This document shows, piece by piece, positions 21,140 to 34,500 of a DNA stretch of 64,000 nt; position 1 is the first letter of the stretch; the number at the start of each line of letters is the position of its first letter. The DNA is from Octopus vulgaris. Lineage: Eukaryota. Position numbers and translations under genes: made by a program. The notes beneath the pieces were generated by a model. That model searched no databases. It had not been told where the DNA came from and was given only the letters and a program-made list of their open reading frames with translations. Location of the stretch: contig OX597833.1 of NCBI GenBank assembly GCA_951406725.2, forward strand, positions 10,850,001 to 10,914,000, read 5' to 3'.

Positions 21140-22990
21140 AATTCAAGACAGGATGCCCCTGGGAGCTCCTCTATGCTGATGACCTTGCTCTAATTGCTGA
21201 GTCTCTATCAGAACTAGAGGAGAAGTTTCAGGTATGGAAACAAGGTTTAGAATCGAAGGGCCTTAGAATCAACCTAGCCAAAACCAAAGTCCTAATAAGT
21301 AGGAAGGTAGACCAATCACAAACGCCTTCAGGTAGATGGCCCTGCTCGATCTGTAGAAAAGGTGTAGGTAGAAACTCTATAAGATGCACCAAGTGTAAGC
21401 TATGGACACATAAGAGGTGCAGCAATGTCAAAGGAAGGCTAACTAGGAAGATGGTTTTTGTATGTGGCAGATGCTCAGGAACAATTAACACTGAAAATGC
21501 TCTGAGACCAACTTCCGTCACTTTCCAGGGAGAAAAGCTAGAAGTAGTTGATAGTTTCCGTTACCTAGGTGACCAAGTCAGTAGCGGGGGTGGGTGCGCT
21601 GAAAGTATAACTGCTAGAGTAAGAATAGCCTGGGCAAAGTTTAGAGAGCTCTTACCCCTGCTGGTGACAAAAGGCCTCTCGCTCAAAGTAAAAGGCAGAC
21701 TGTATGATGCATGTGTACGTACAACCATGCTACATGGTAGTGAAACTTGGGCTGTGACTGCTGAGGATTTGCGTAAGCTCGCAAGAAATGAAGCTAGTAT
21801 GCTCCGATGGATGTGTAACGTCAGTGTTCATAATCGACAGAGTGTAAGTATCTTGAGAGAAAAGTTGAACCTAAGAAGCATCAGTTGTTGTGTGCAAGAG
21901 AGACGTATGCGCTGTTATGGTCATGTGATGAGAATGGCTGAAGATAGTTGTGTGCGAAAGTGCCACACCCTGGCAGTTGAGGGGACCTGTGGAAGAGGTA
22001 GGCCCAGCAAAACCTGGGTCGAGGCGGTGAAGCACGACCTTCGAACTTTAGGTCTCACCAAGGAAATGACCAGTGACCGAGACCTTTGGAAGTATGCTGT
22101 GCGTGAGAAAACCCGGCAAGACCAGTGAGAACAGTCAAAATCAAAATCAAACCAAATTGAGGTCGATCAACATCAGGGCCCCCGTGCAGGTGACACGTAA
22201 AAGCACCATCCGTTCGTAGCCGTTTGCCAGCCCTGTCTGGCCCCCATGTCGGTGGCACGTAAAAGCACCAGCCGTTTGTGTTCGTTGCCAGCCTGGCCTG
22301 GCCCCCGTGCCGGTGACACGTAAAAGCACCATCCGTTTGTGGCCGTTTGCCAGCTCTGTCTGGCCCCCGTGCCGGTGACACGTAAAAGCACCATCCGTTC
22401 GTGGCCGTTTGCCAGCCCTGTCTGGCCCCCATGTCGGTGACATGTAAAAGCACCATCCATTCGTGTCCGTTGCCAGCCTGGCCTGGCCCCCGTGCCGGTG
22501 ACACGTAAAAGCACCATCCGTTTGTGGCCGTTTGCCAGCCCTGTCTGGCCCCCGTGTCGGTGGCATGTAAAAGCACCATCCGTTCGTGTCCGTTGCCAGC
22601 CTGGCCTGGCCCCCGTGCCGGTGACACGTAAAAGCACCATCCGTTTCGTGGCCGTTTGCCAGCTCTGTCTGGCCCCCGTGTTGGTGGCACGTAAAAGCAC
22701 CATCCGTTCGTGTCCGTTGCCAGCCTCGCCTGGCCCCGTGCCGGTGACACGTAAAAGCACCATCCATTCGTGGCCGTTTGCCAGCTCTGTCTGGCACCTG
22801 TGAGGGTGGCACGTAAAAAGCACCCACTACACTCATGGAGTGGTTGGCGTTAGGAAGGGCATTCAGCCGTAGAAACACTGCCAGATCTGACTGGGCCTGA
22901 TGAAGCCTTCCAGCTTCACAGACCCCAGTTGAACCGTCCAACCCATGCTAGCATGGAGAACGGACGCTAAATGATGATGATGATGATGAT
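21138..22990 (+). mobile_element. 5'-truncated RTE-clade LINE: RT C-terminal half (ORF ends 22128), 3' UTR array, (GAT)n tail
   Basis: ELLYADDLALIA, GLRINLAKTKVL, FRYLG, LHGSETW, GRGRPSKTW. Inserted after (TA)n. Confidence 0.9.
22184..22825 (+). repeat. 61-62-bp tandem array in the RTE 3' UTR (11 motif copies)
   Basis: Units start at 22184, 22246, 22307, 22369 ... 22800. Confidence 0.9.
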
Positions 22991-23004
22991 ATACATACAT
23001 ACAT

Positions 23005-23100
<96 letters not shown>

Positions 23101-23196
23101 AATATATACTTTATTTAAAAGCACCAGAAAATTCAACAAAACCTGTTACTCTGTTCTCTCTCAACCGTTCATAAACTCGTTACTCTCTCTCTCTCA

Positions 23197-23253
<57 letters not shown>

Positions 23254-23339
23254 GAAAAATACAAACTGGGACAAGAACGTAAAACATTTAGCAGACAATA
23301 CAAAAACCACGGACGGGACATTCGAAGCCTTCAATCTAC

Positions 23340-23570
23340 CGGAGTAAACATAAATGTGAAACAAGGTGGAAAAAAGAGTACTCAAATACCAGTGGTAGAG
23401 TAATATGCTATATTTAAAGCAGCAGAAAATTCAACAAAACCTGTTACTCTGAGTTTCACATTCCCATTCGTCGGACAGTTTTGCTATTATACCAAAAACT
23501 CTCCGACGAACGGGAACGTGAAACTCAGAGTAACAGGTTTTGTTGAATTTTCTGCTGCTTTTAAATAAAG
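23340..23570 (-). mobile_element. Foldback element, same family as 1760-1990, with variant hammerhead core (CCGACGA)
   Basis: Palindrome 23410-23570 containing gaaactcagagtaacagg. Confidence 0.7.
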
Positions 23571-23577
23571 TATATAG

Positions 23578-23625
<48 letters not shown>

Positions 23626-23892
23626 ATGTATGTATGTATGTATGTATGTATGTATGTATGTATATATATATATACACACATACACACACACACACAATTG
23701 CAGCGTGGAAGGTATTTATAAGCCATTAAAAAAACACAAAAGCCGTGAGATTCAGTTCGACATTTAGATTAAATATATATATATATCGCGTGACCGACCA
23801 GACCATCAGATGTTGTTACACATCGCTGGTCACAATGCGCTTCACATTGTTTCAGCCTTCGAATGACGCCACCCCGCTGGCTAAGCGAGCAG

Positions 23893-23934
<42 letters not shown>

Positions 23935-24172
23935 TTAGATATGTTTCGACCAAAGATTAGTCCAGGCCATGTCTAACTTAATAGCACCACCTGATAGGAT
24001 TATTCGAATCCTGTTTAAGTCAAGTTTTGTTTATGGTCCATTCAAGTAGTGAGTTCTTGTTGGGTGAGTTGAATCCAATTATGGGTGGCTTATCTGGTAT
24101 TCTTTGAAGGAATCTATCCAGACTCCGTTTAAAGTTGATGGGATCCTTTTCCTCTTTGATCTCGCTCGGGAC
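23935..24172 (-). mobile_element. CR1/L2-type LINE 3' fragment
   Basis: Minus strand reads VPSEIKEEKDPINFKRSLDRFLQRIPDKPPIIGFNSPNKNSLLEW, a CR1-like C-terminus. Confidence 0.6.
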
Positions 24173-24597
24173 AAATAAAATACAAATTAGAGATAAAAAC
24201 CACTATTATGCAACTCAAACAGTGAGAGACATAACCAATACATAAATAACAAATAATATAAATATAATTAATATAATATATATAAAAAATTTAAATATTA
24301 AAAATTTTTTTATGCATTCTTTGAATGGGTTTTAGTCAAACAAATCGACCCCAGATCTTATTACATTTTTTTAAAGCTTAGTACTTATCCCATCCGCCCC
24401 TTTTGTCGAACCGTTAAGTTACGGAAACGTAAACACACCAACACACCAACTCGCCGCCTTCCTAACAAGAAAAATATTAGAATTGGTGAGGAATGACTTT
24501 TCTATTACCTCCCTTGATTATTTTTATTTTATAGTTACACTGAGTATTCTCCCTTGTCAATCCGTATAACGACACGTTCTTTCTCTTTAAAAGCGTG

Positions 24598-24860
24598 GAT
24601 GGAAGTACTCCGTCGGTTACGACGACGAGGGTTCCGGTTGATCCGAATCAACGGAACAGCCTGCTCGTGAATTTAACGTGTAAGTGGCTGAGCACTCCAC
24701 ACACACGTGTACCCTTAACGTAGTTCTCGGGGATATTCAGCGTGACACAGAGAGTGACAAGGCCGGCCCTCTGAAATACACAACGCCCGGTCTGGGAATC
24801 GAAACCACGATCCTACGACCGCGAGTCCGCTGCCCTAACCACTGGGCCATTGCGCCTCCC
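24598..24860 (-). mobile_element. tRNA-derived SINE, third family
   Basis: Minus-strand head ggaggcgcaatggcccagtggttagggcagcggactcgcggtcgtaggatcgtggtttcgattccc has A and B boxes and runs into a non-tRNA body. Confidence 0.65.
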
Positions 24861-25302
24861 TTAAAAGCGTACATATTTGGAAAAAAACATCAACAAAAAG
24901 TACAAAAAAAAAATTGCAAAATAAACGAACGAAAGAAATTCTCGATTTTTTTTTACCCTGATGTTGCATGTGTGGTTTCTTTCCCGTCCATTGCACTTTG
25001 TCTTTGGAAACTGTTTTCCTACACAATACCTCTGTCAGTGGATTTGGTAGACGGAAACTGAAAGAAGCTCGTAGCCGTCGCTTATATTTTTATATATCTC
25101 CTTCTCTCCGTCCCCCTTCTCACCCGCTCTCTCTTCTCCATGCATACATAAACGTGTGTGCAACATATATATAATATAACACACACACACACACATGGTA
25201 TATAGGGCTGTAAAACTATATTTGCCGACTGGAAAAAACCTAAGGGTAGGGATAAGCCGTTCGTCCTTTAGGTCCATAAGATTTGATGGCCGGACCGGGG
25301 GT

Positions 25303-25510
25303 GTTGGCAGAAACGTTAGCACGCCGGGCGAAATATGTAGACGTTTTTCGTCTGCCGTTACGTTCAGATTTCAAATTCTGCCGAGGTCGATTTTAACTTT
25401 CATCCTTTCAGGGTCAATAAATTAAGTACCAGTTACGCATTGGAGTCAATATAATCGATTTAATCCGTTTGTCTGTCCTTGTTTGTCCTCTCTGTGTTTA
25501 GCCCCTTGTG
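25303..25510 (+). mobile_element. SINE family A, 3' end cut by the satellite
   Basis: Matches 565-797 up to agccccttgtg, then runs directly into the array. Confidence 0.8.
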
Positions 25511-28500
25511 ACCCACCGACAAACCAGCCAACCAGCAACCAACCGACAAACCAGCCAACCAAGTGACCACTGACACACCAACCAGCCAACCAGGCGACCC
25601 ACCTACCAACCAACCAACCAGCAACCAACCGACAAATCATCCAACCAGTAACCAACCGACAAACCAGTCATGACCAACCGATCCACAACCAACCGACAAA
25701 CCAGCCAACCAGGCGACCCACCGACCAACCAGCCAACCAGCAACCAACCGACAAACCAGCCAACCAGTTGACCCACCGACCAACCAGCCAACCAGTAACC
25801 AGCCGACAAACCAGCCAACCAGCTGATCGAAGTCCATCCGACAGACCAGCCAACCAGGTGACCCACCGACCAACCAGCCAACCAGTAACCAACCGACAAA
25901 CCAGCCAACCAGCCGATCGACGACCATCCGACAAACCAGCCAACCAGGCGACCCACCGACCAACCAGCCAACCAGCAACCAACCGACAAACCAGCCAACC
26001 AGGCGACCCACCGACCAACAAGCCAACCAGCAACAAACCGAGAAACCAGTCATGACAAACCGATCCACAACCAACCGACAAACCAGCCAACTAGGCGACC
26101 CACCGACCAACCAGCAACCAACCGACAAACCAGCCAACCAGCAACCAACCGACAAACCAGCCAACCAGCAACCAACCGACAAACCAGCCAACCAGCAACC
26201 AACCGACAAACCAGCCAACCAGCAACCAACCAACAACAAGCCGATAAACCAGTCATGACCAACCGATCCACAGCCATCCGACAAACAAGCCAACCAGGTG
26301 AACTACCGACCAACCAGCCAACCAGCAACCAACCGACAAACCAGCCAACCAGCAACCAACCGACAAACCAGCCAACCAGCAACCAACCGACAAACCAGTC
26401 ATGACCAACCGATCCACAACCAACCGACAAACCAGCCAACCAGCAACCAACCGACAAACCAGCCAACCAGGCGACCCACCGACCAACCAACCGATCCACA
26501 ACCATCCGACAAACCAGCCAACCAGTAACCAACCAACAAACCAGCCAACCAGCCGATCGACGACCATCCGACAAACCAGCCAACCAGTAACCAACCGACA
26601 AACCAGCCAACCAGTAACCAACCGACAAACCAGCCAACCAGCCGATCGACGACCATCCGACAAACCAGCCAACCAGGAGACCCACCGACACACCAGCCAA
26701 CCAGTAACTAACCAACAAACCAGCCAACCAGCCGATCGACGACCATCAGACAAACCAGCCAACAAGGCGACACACCGACCAACCAGCCAGCCAGCAACCA
26801 ACTGACAAACCAGCCAACCAGCCGATAGACGACCATCCGACAAACCAGCCAACCAGGTGACCCACCGACCAAACAGCCAACCAGCAACCAACAGACAAAC
26901 CAGCCAACCAGTAACCAACCGACAAACCAGCCAACCAGCCGATCCACAACCATCCGACAAACCGACCAACCAGCCGATCGACGACCATCCGACAAACCAG
27001 CCAACCAGTAACCAACCGACAAACCAGCCAACCAGCCGATCCACAACCATCCGACAAACCGACCAACCAGCCGATCGACGACCATCCGACAAACCAGCCA
27101 ACCAGGCGACCCACCGACCAACCAGCCAACCAGTAACCAACCGACAAACCAGCCAACCAGCCGATCGACGACCATCCGACAAACCAGCCAACCAGGCGAC
27201 CCACCGACAAACCAGCCAAGTAGCAACCAACCGACAAACCAGCCAACCAGCCGATCGACGACCATCCGACAAACAAGCCAACCAGGCGACCCACCGACTA
27301 TCCTACCAACCAGTAACCAACCGACAAACCAGCCAACCAGTAACCAACCGACAAACCAGCCAACCAGCCGATCGACGACCATCCGATAAACCAGCCAACC
27401 AGGCGACCCACCGACCAACCAGCCAACCAGAAACCAAATGCCAAACCATCAACCAACCGAGAAACCAGTCATGACCAACCGATCCACAACCATCCGACAA
27501 ACAAGCCAATCAGGCGACCCACCGACCAACCAGCCAACTAGCAACGAAATGACAAACAAGCCAACCAGCCGATCGACGACCATCCAACAAACCAGCCAAC
27601 CAGGCGACCCACCGACCAACCAGCAAACCAGTAACCAACCGACAAACCAGCCAACCAGCCAATCGACGACCATCCGACAAACAGGTCAACCAGGCCACCC
27701 AATGACCAAACAGCCAACCAGCAACCAACCGACAAACCAGCCAACCAGCCGATCCACAACCATCCGACAAAGCAGCCAACCAGGCGACCCACCGACTAAC
27801 CAGCCAACCAGCAAATAACCGACAAACCAGCCAACCAGCCGATCAACGACGATCCGACAAACGAACCAACCAGGCGACCCAACGACCAACCAGCCAACCA
27901 GTAACCAACCGACAAACCAGCCAACCAGCCGATCGACGACCATTTGACAAACCAGCCAACCATACGACCCACCGACCAACCAGCAAACATGCAACCAAAT
28001 AACAAACCAGCAACCAACCAAGAAACCAGTCATGACCAACCGATCCACAACCAACTGATAAACCAGCCAACCAGGCTACCCATCGACCAAACAGCCAACC
28101 AGGCGACCCATCGACCAACCAGCCAACCAGCAACCAACTGACAAACCAGCCAACCAACCGATCCACAACCATCCGACAAACCAGCCAACCAGGCGACCCA
28201 CCGACTAACTAGCACACCAGCAACCAACCGACAAAACAACCAACCAGTAACCAACCGACAAACCAGCCAACCAGCCGATCGACGAGCATCAGACAAACCA
28301 GCCAACCAGGAGACCCACCGACCAACCAGCCAACCAGCAACCAACCGAGAAACCAGTCACGACAAACCGATCCACAACCATCCGAGAAACCAGCCAACCA
28401 GGCGACACACCGACGAACCAGCCAACAAGCAACCAACCGACAAACCAGCCAACAAGTAACCAACCGACAAACCAGCCAACCAGCCGATCGACGACCATCT

Positions 28501-31500
28501 GACAAACCAGCTAACCAGGTTACCCACCGACCAACCAGCCAACCAGCAACCAAATGACAAACCAGCCAACCAGTAACCAACCGATAAACCAGTCAACCAG
28601 GCGACCCACCGACCAACCAGCCAACCAACAACCAACCGAGAAACCAGTCATGAACAACCGATCCACAACCATCCAACAAACCAGCCAACCAGGCGACCCA
28701 CCGACCAACCAGCCAACCAGTAACCAACCAACAAACCAGCCAACCAGCCGATCGACGACCATCCGACAAACCAGCCAACCAGGCGACACACTGACCAACC
28801 AGCCAACCAGCAACCAACCGTCAAACCAGCCAACCAGTAACCAACCGACAAACCAGCCAACCAGCCGATCGAGGACCATCCGACAAACAAGCCAACCAGG
28901 CGACCCACCGACCAACCAGCCAACCAGTAACCAACCGACAAACCAGCCAACCAGCCGTTCGACGAACATCCGACAAACCAGCCAACCAGGCGACCCACCG
29001 ACCAACCAGCCAACCAGCAACTAACCGACCAACCAGCCAACCAGTAACCAACCGACAAACCAGCCAACCAGCCCATCGACGACCATCCGACAAACCAGAC
29101 AACCAGGCGACCCACCGACCAACCAGCCAACCAGCAACCAACCGAGAAACCAGTCACGACCAACCGATCCACAACCATCCGACAAACCAGCCAACCAGGC
29201 GACCAACCGAACAACCAGCCAAACAGTAACCAACCAACAAACCAGCCAACCAGCCGATCGAAAACCATCCGACAAACAAGCAACTAGGCGACCAACCGAC
29301 CAACCAGCCAACCAGTAACCAACCGACAAACCAGCCAACCAGCAACCAACTGAGAAACTAGTCATGACCAACCGATGCACAACCATCCGACAAACCATCC
29401 AACCAGGCGACCCACCGAACAACCAGCCAACCAGCAACTAACCGACCAACCAGCCAACCAGTAACCAACCGACAAACCAGCCAACCAGCCGATCGACGAC
29501 CATCCGACAAACCAGCCAACCAGGCGACCCACCGACCAACCAGCCAACCAGTAACCAACCGACAAACCAGCCAACCAGCCGATCGACGACCATCCGACAA
29601 ACCAGCCAACCAGGCGACCCACCGACCAACCAGCCAACCAGCAACCAACCGAGAAACCAGTCATGACCAACCGATCCACAACCATCCGACAAACCATCCA
29701 ACCAGGCGACCCACCGACCAACCAGCCAACCAGCAACTTACCGACCAACCAGCCAACCAATAACCAACCGACAGCGCAGCCAACCAGCCGATCGACGACC
29801 ATCCGACAAACCAGCCAACCAGGCGACCCACCGACCAACCAGCCAACTAGTAACCAACCAACAAAGCAGCCAAGCAGCCGATCGACGACCATCCGACAAA
29901 CCAGCCAACCAGGCGACCCACCGACCAACCAGCCAACCAGCAACCAACCGAGAAACCAGTCATGACCAACCGATCCACAACCATCCGACAAACCAGCCAA
30001 CCAGGCGACCAACCGAACAACCAGCCAACCAGTAACCAACCGACAAACCAGCCAACCAGCCGATCGACGACCATCCGACAAAGAAGCCAACAAGGCGACC
30101 CACCGACCAACCAGCCGATTGACGACCATCCGACAAACCAGCCAACTAGGTGACCCACCGACCAACCAGCCAACAAGCAACCAACTGAGAAACTAGTCAT
30201 GACCAACCGATCCACAACCATCCGACAAACCATCCAACCAGGCGACCCACCGACCAAGCAGCCAACCAGCAACTAACCGACCAACCAGCCAACCAGTAAC
30301 CAACCGACAAAGCAGCCAACCAGCCGTTCGACGACCATCCGACAAACCAGCCAACCAGGGGACCCACCGACCAACTAGCCTACCAATAACCAACCGACAA
30401 ACCAGCCAACCTGCCGATCCACAACCATCCGACAAACCATCCAACCAGGCGACCCACCGACCAACCAGCAAACCAGCAACTTACCGACCAACCAGCCAAC
30501 CAATAACCAACCGACAGCGCAGCCAACCAGACGATCGACGACCATCCGACAAACCAGCGAACCAGGCGACCCACCGACCAACCAGCCAACTAGTAAGCAA
30601 TCGACAAACCAGCCAACCAGCCGATCGACGACCATCCGACAAACCAGCCAACCAGGCGACCCACCGACCAACCAGCCAACCAGCAACCAACCGATTAACC
30701 AGTCATGACCAACCGATCCACAACCATCTGACAAACCAGCCAACCAGGCGACAAACCGAACAACCAGCCAACCAGTAACCAACCGACAAACCAGCCAACC
30801 AGCCGATCGACGACCATCCGACAAACAAGCCAACCAGGTGACCCACCGACCAACCAGCCAACCAGTAACCAATCGACAAACCAGCCAACCAGCCGATCGA
30901 CGACCATCCGACAAACCAGCCAACCAGGCGACCCACCGACCAACCAGCCAACCAGCAACCAACTGAGAAACTAGTCATGACCAACCGATCCATAACCATC
31001 CGACAAACCATCCAACCAGGCGACCCACCGACCAACCAGCCAACCAGCAACCAACCGACCAACCAGCCAACCAGTAACCAACCGACAAAGCAGCCAACCA
31101 GCCGTTCGACGACCACCGACCAACCAGCCAACCAGTAACCAACCGACAAACCAGCCAACCAGCCGATCGACGACCATCCGACAAACCAGCCAACCAGGCG
31201 ACCCACCGACCAACCAGCCAACCAATAACCAACCGACAAACCAGCCAACCTGCCGATCCACAACCATCCGACAAACCATCCAACCAGGCGACCCACCGAC
31301 CAACCAGCCAACCAGCAACTTACCGACCAACCAGCCAACCAATAACCAACCGACAGCGCAGCCAACCAGCCGATCGACGACCATCCGACAAACCAGCCAA
31401 CCAGGCGACCCACCGACCAACCAGCCAACTAGTAACCAACCGACAAACCAGCCAACAAGCCGATCGACGACCATCCGACAAACCAGCCAACCAGGCGACC

Positions 31501-34500
31501 CACCGACCAACCAGCCAACCAGTAACCAACCGAGAAACCAGTCATGACCAACCGATCCACAACCATCTGACAAACCAGCCAACCAGGCGACAAACCGACC
31601 AACCAGCCGACCCACCGACAAACCAGCCAACCAGTAACCAACCGACAAACCAGCCAACCAGCCGATCGACGACCATCCGACAAAAAGCCCGACCGACCAA
31701 CCAGCCAACCAGTAACCAATCGACAAACCAGCCAACCAGCCGATTGACGACCATCCGACAAACCAGCCAACTAGGCGACCCACCGACCAACCAGCCAACA
31801 AGCAACCAACTGAGAAACTAGTCATGACCAACCGATCCATAACCATCCGACAAACCATCCAACCAGGCGACCCACCGACCAACCAGCCAACCAGCAACTA
31901 ACCGACCAACCCGCCAACCAGTAACCAACCGACAAAGCAGCCAACCAGCCGTTCTACGACCATCCGACAAACCAGCCAACCAGGGGACCCACAGACCAAC
32001 TAGCCTACCAATAACCAACCGACAAACCAGCCAACCTGCCGATCCACAACCATCCGACAAACCATCCAACCAGGCGACCCACCGACCAACCAGCCAACCA
32101 GCAACATACCGACCAACCAGCCAACCCAACCAATAACCAACCGACAGCGCAGCCAACCAGACGATCGACGACCATCCGACAAACCAGCGAACCAGGCGAC
32201 CCACCGACCAACCAGCCAACTAGTAAGCAATCGACAAACCAGCCAACAAGCCGATCGACGACCATCCGACAAACCAGCCAACCAGGCGACCCACCGACCA
32301 ACCAGCCAACCAGCAACCAACCGAGAAACCAGTCATGACCAACCGATCCACAACCATCCGACAAACCAGCCAACCAGGCGACCAACCGACCAACCAGCCA
32401 ACCAGTAACCAACCGACAAACCAGCCAACCAGCCGATCGACGACCATCCGACAAACCAGCCAACCAGGGGATCCACTGACCAACCAGCCAACCAGCAACC
32501 AACCGCGGAATCAGTCATGACCAACCGATCCACAACTATCCTAGAAACCAACCAACCAGGCGACCAACCGACCAACCAACCAACTGACAAACCAGCCAAC
32601 TAGCCGATCGACGACCATCCGACAAACCAGCAAACCAGGAACCAACCGACCAACCAGCCAACCAGCAAGAAACTGAGAAACCAGTCATGACCAACCGATC
32701 CACAACCATCCGAGAAACCAACCAACCAGGCGACCAACCGACCAACCAGCCAACCAGTAACCAACCGACAAACCAGCCAACCTGCCGATGGACGACCATC
32801 CGATAAACCAGCCAACCAGGCGACCCACCGACCAACCAGCCAACCAGTAACCAACCAACCGACCAACCAGCCAACTAGCAACTAACTGAGAAACCAGTCA
32901 TGACCAACCGATCCACAACCATCCGAGAAACCAACAGACCAGGCGACAAACCGACCAACAAGGCAACCAGTAACCAACCGACAAACCAGCCAACCAGCCG
33001 ATCGACGACCATCCGACAAACAGCCAACTATGCGACCCACCGACCAACCAGCAAACCAGTAACCAACCGACAAACCAGCCAACCAGCCGATCGACGACCA
33101 TCCGACAAACCAGCCAACCAGGCGACCCACCGACCAACCAGCCAACCAGTAACCAACCGCGGAACCAGTCATGACCAACCGATCCACAACCATCCGACAA
33201 ACCAGCCAACCAGGCGACCCACCGACCAACCAGCCAACCAGTAACCAACCGACAAACCAGCCAACCTGCCGATCGACCACCATCCGACAAACAAGCCAAC
33301 CAGGCGACCCACCGACCAAACAGCCAACTAGCAACAAACCGAGAAACCAGTCATGACCAACCGATCCACAACCATCCGACAGACCAGCCAACCAGGTGAC
33401 CCACAAACCAACCAGCCAACCAGTAACCACCGAACAACCAGCCAACCAGCCGATCGACGACCATCCGACAAACCAGCCAACCAGGCGACCCACCGACCAA
33501 CCAGCCAACCAGCAACCAACCGACCAACCAGCCAACTAGCAACTAACTGAGAAACCAGTCATGACCAACCGATCCACAACCATCCGACAAACCACCCAAC
33601 CAGGCAACCCACCGACCAACCAGCCAACTAGTAACCAACCGACAAACCAGCCAACCAGCCGATCGACGACCATCCGACAAACAGCCAACCAGCCGATCGA
33701 TGACCATCCGACAAACCAGCCAACCAGGGGATCCACTGACCAACCAGCCAACCAGCAACCAACCGCGGAACCAGTCATGACCAACCGATCCACAACCATC
33801 CGACAAACCAGCCAACCAGGCGACTAACCGACCAACCAGCCAACTAGTAACCAACCGATAAACCAGCCAACTAGCCGATCGACGACCATCCGACGAACCA
33901 GCCAACCAGGCGACCCACCGACCAACCAGCCAACCAGCAACCAACCGACCAACCAGCCAACTAGCAACTAACTGAGAAACCAGTCATGACCAACCGATCC
34001 ACAACCATCCGACAAAACCAACCAGGCGACCAACCGACCAACCAGCCAACCAGTAACCAACCGACAAACCAGCCAACCAGCCGATCGACGACCATCCGAT
34101 AAACCAGCCAACCATGCGACCCACCGACCAACCAGCCAACCAGTAACCAACCAACCAAGCAGCCAACTAGCCACTAACTGAGAAACCAGTCATGACCATC
34201 CGATCCACAACCATCCGACAAACGAACCAACCAGGCGACAAACCGACCAACCAGCCAACCAGTAACCAACCGACAAACCAGCCAACCAGCCGATCGATGA
34301 CCATCTGACAAACCAGCCAACCAGGTGACCCACCGACCAACCAGCCAACCAGTAACCAACCGACAAACCAGCCAACCAGCCGATCGACGACCATCCGACA
34401 AACCAGCCAACCAGGCGACCCACCGACCAACCAGCCAACCAGTAACCAACCGCGGAACCAGTCATGACCAACCGATCCACAACCATCCGAGAAACCAGCC

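Noticed and set aside
24785-24860. tRNA gene on the minus strand
   Set aside because: The acceptor stem does not close and the sequence continues into a SINE body.
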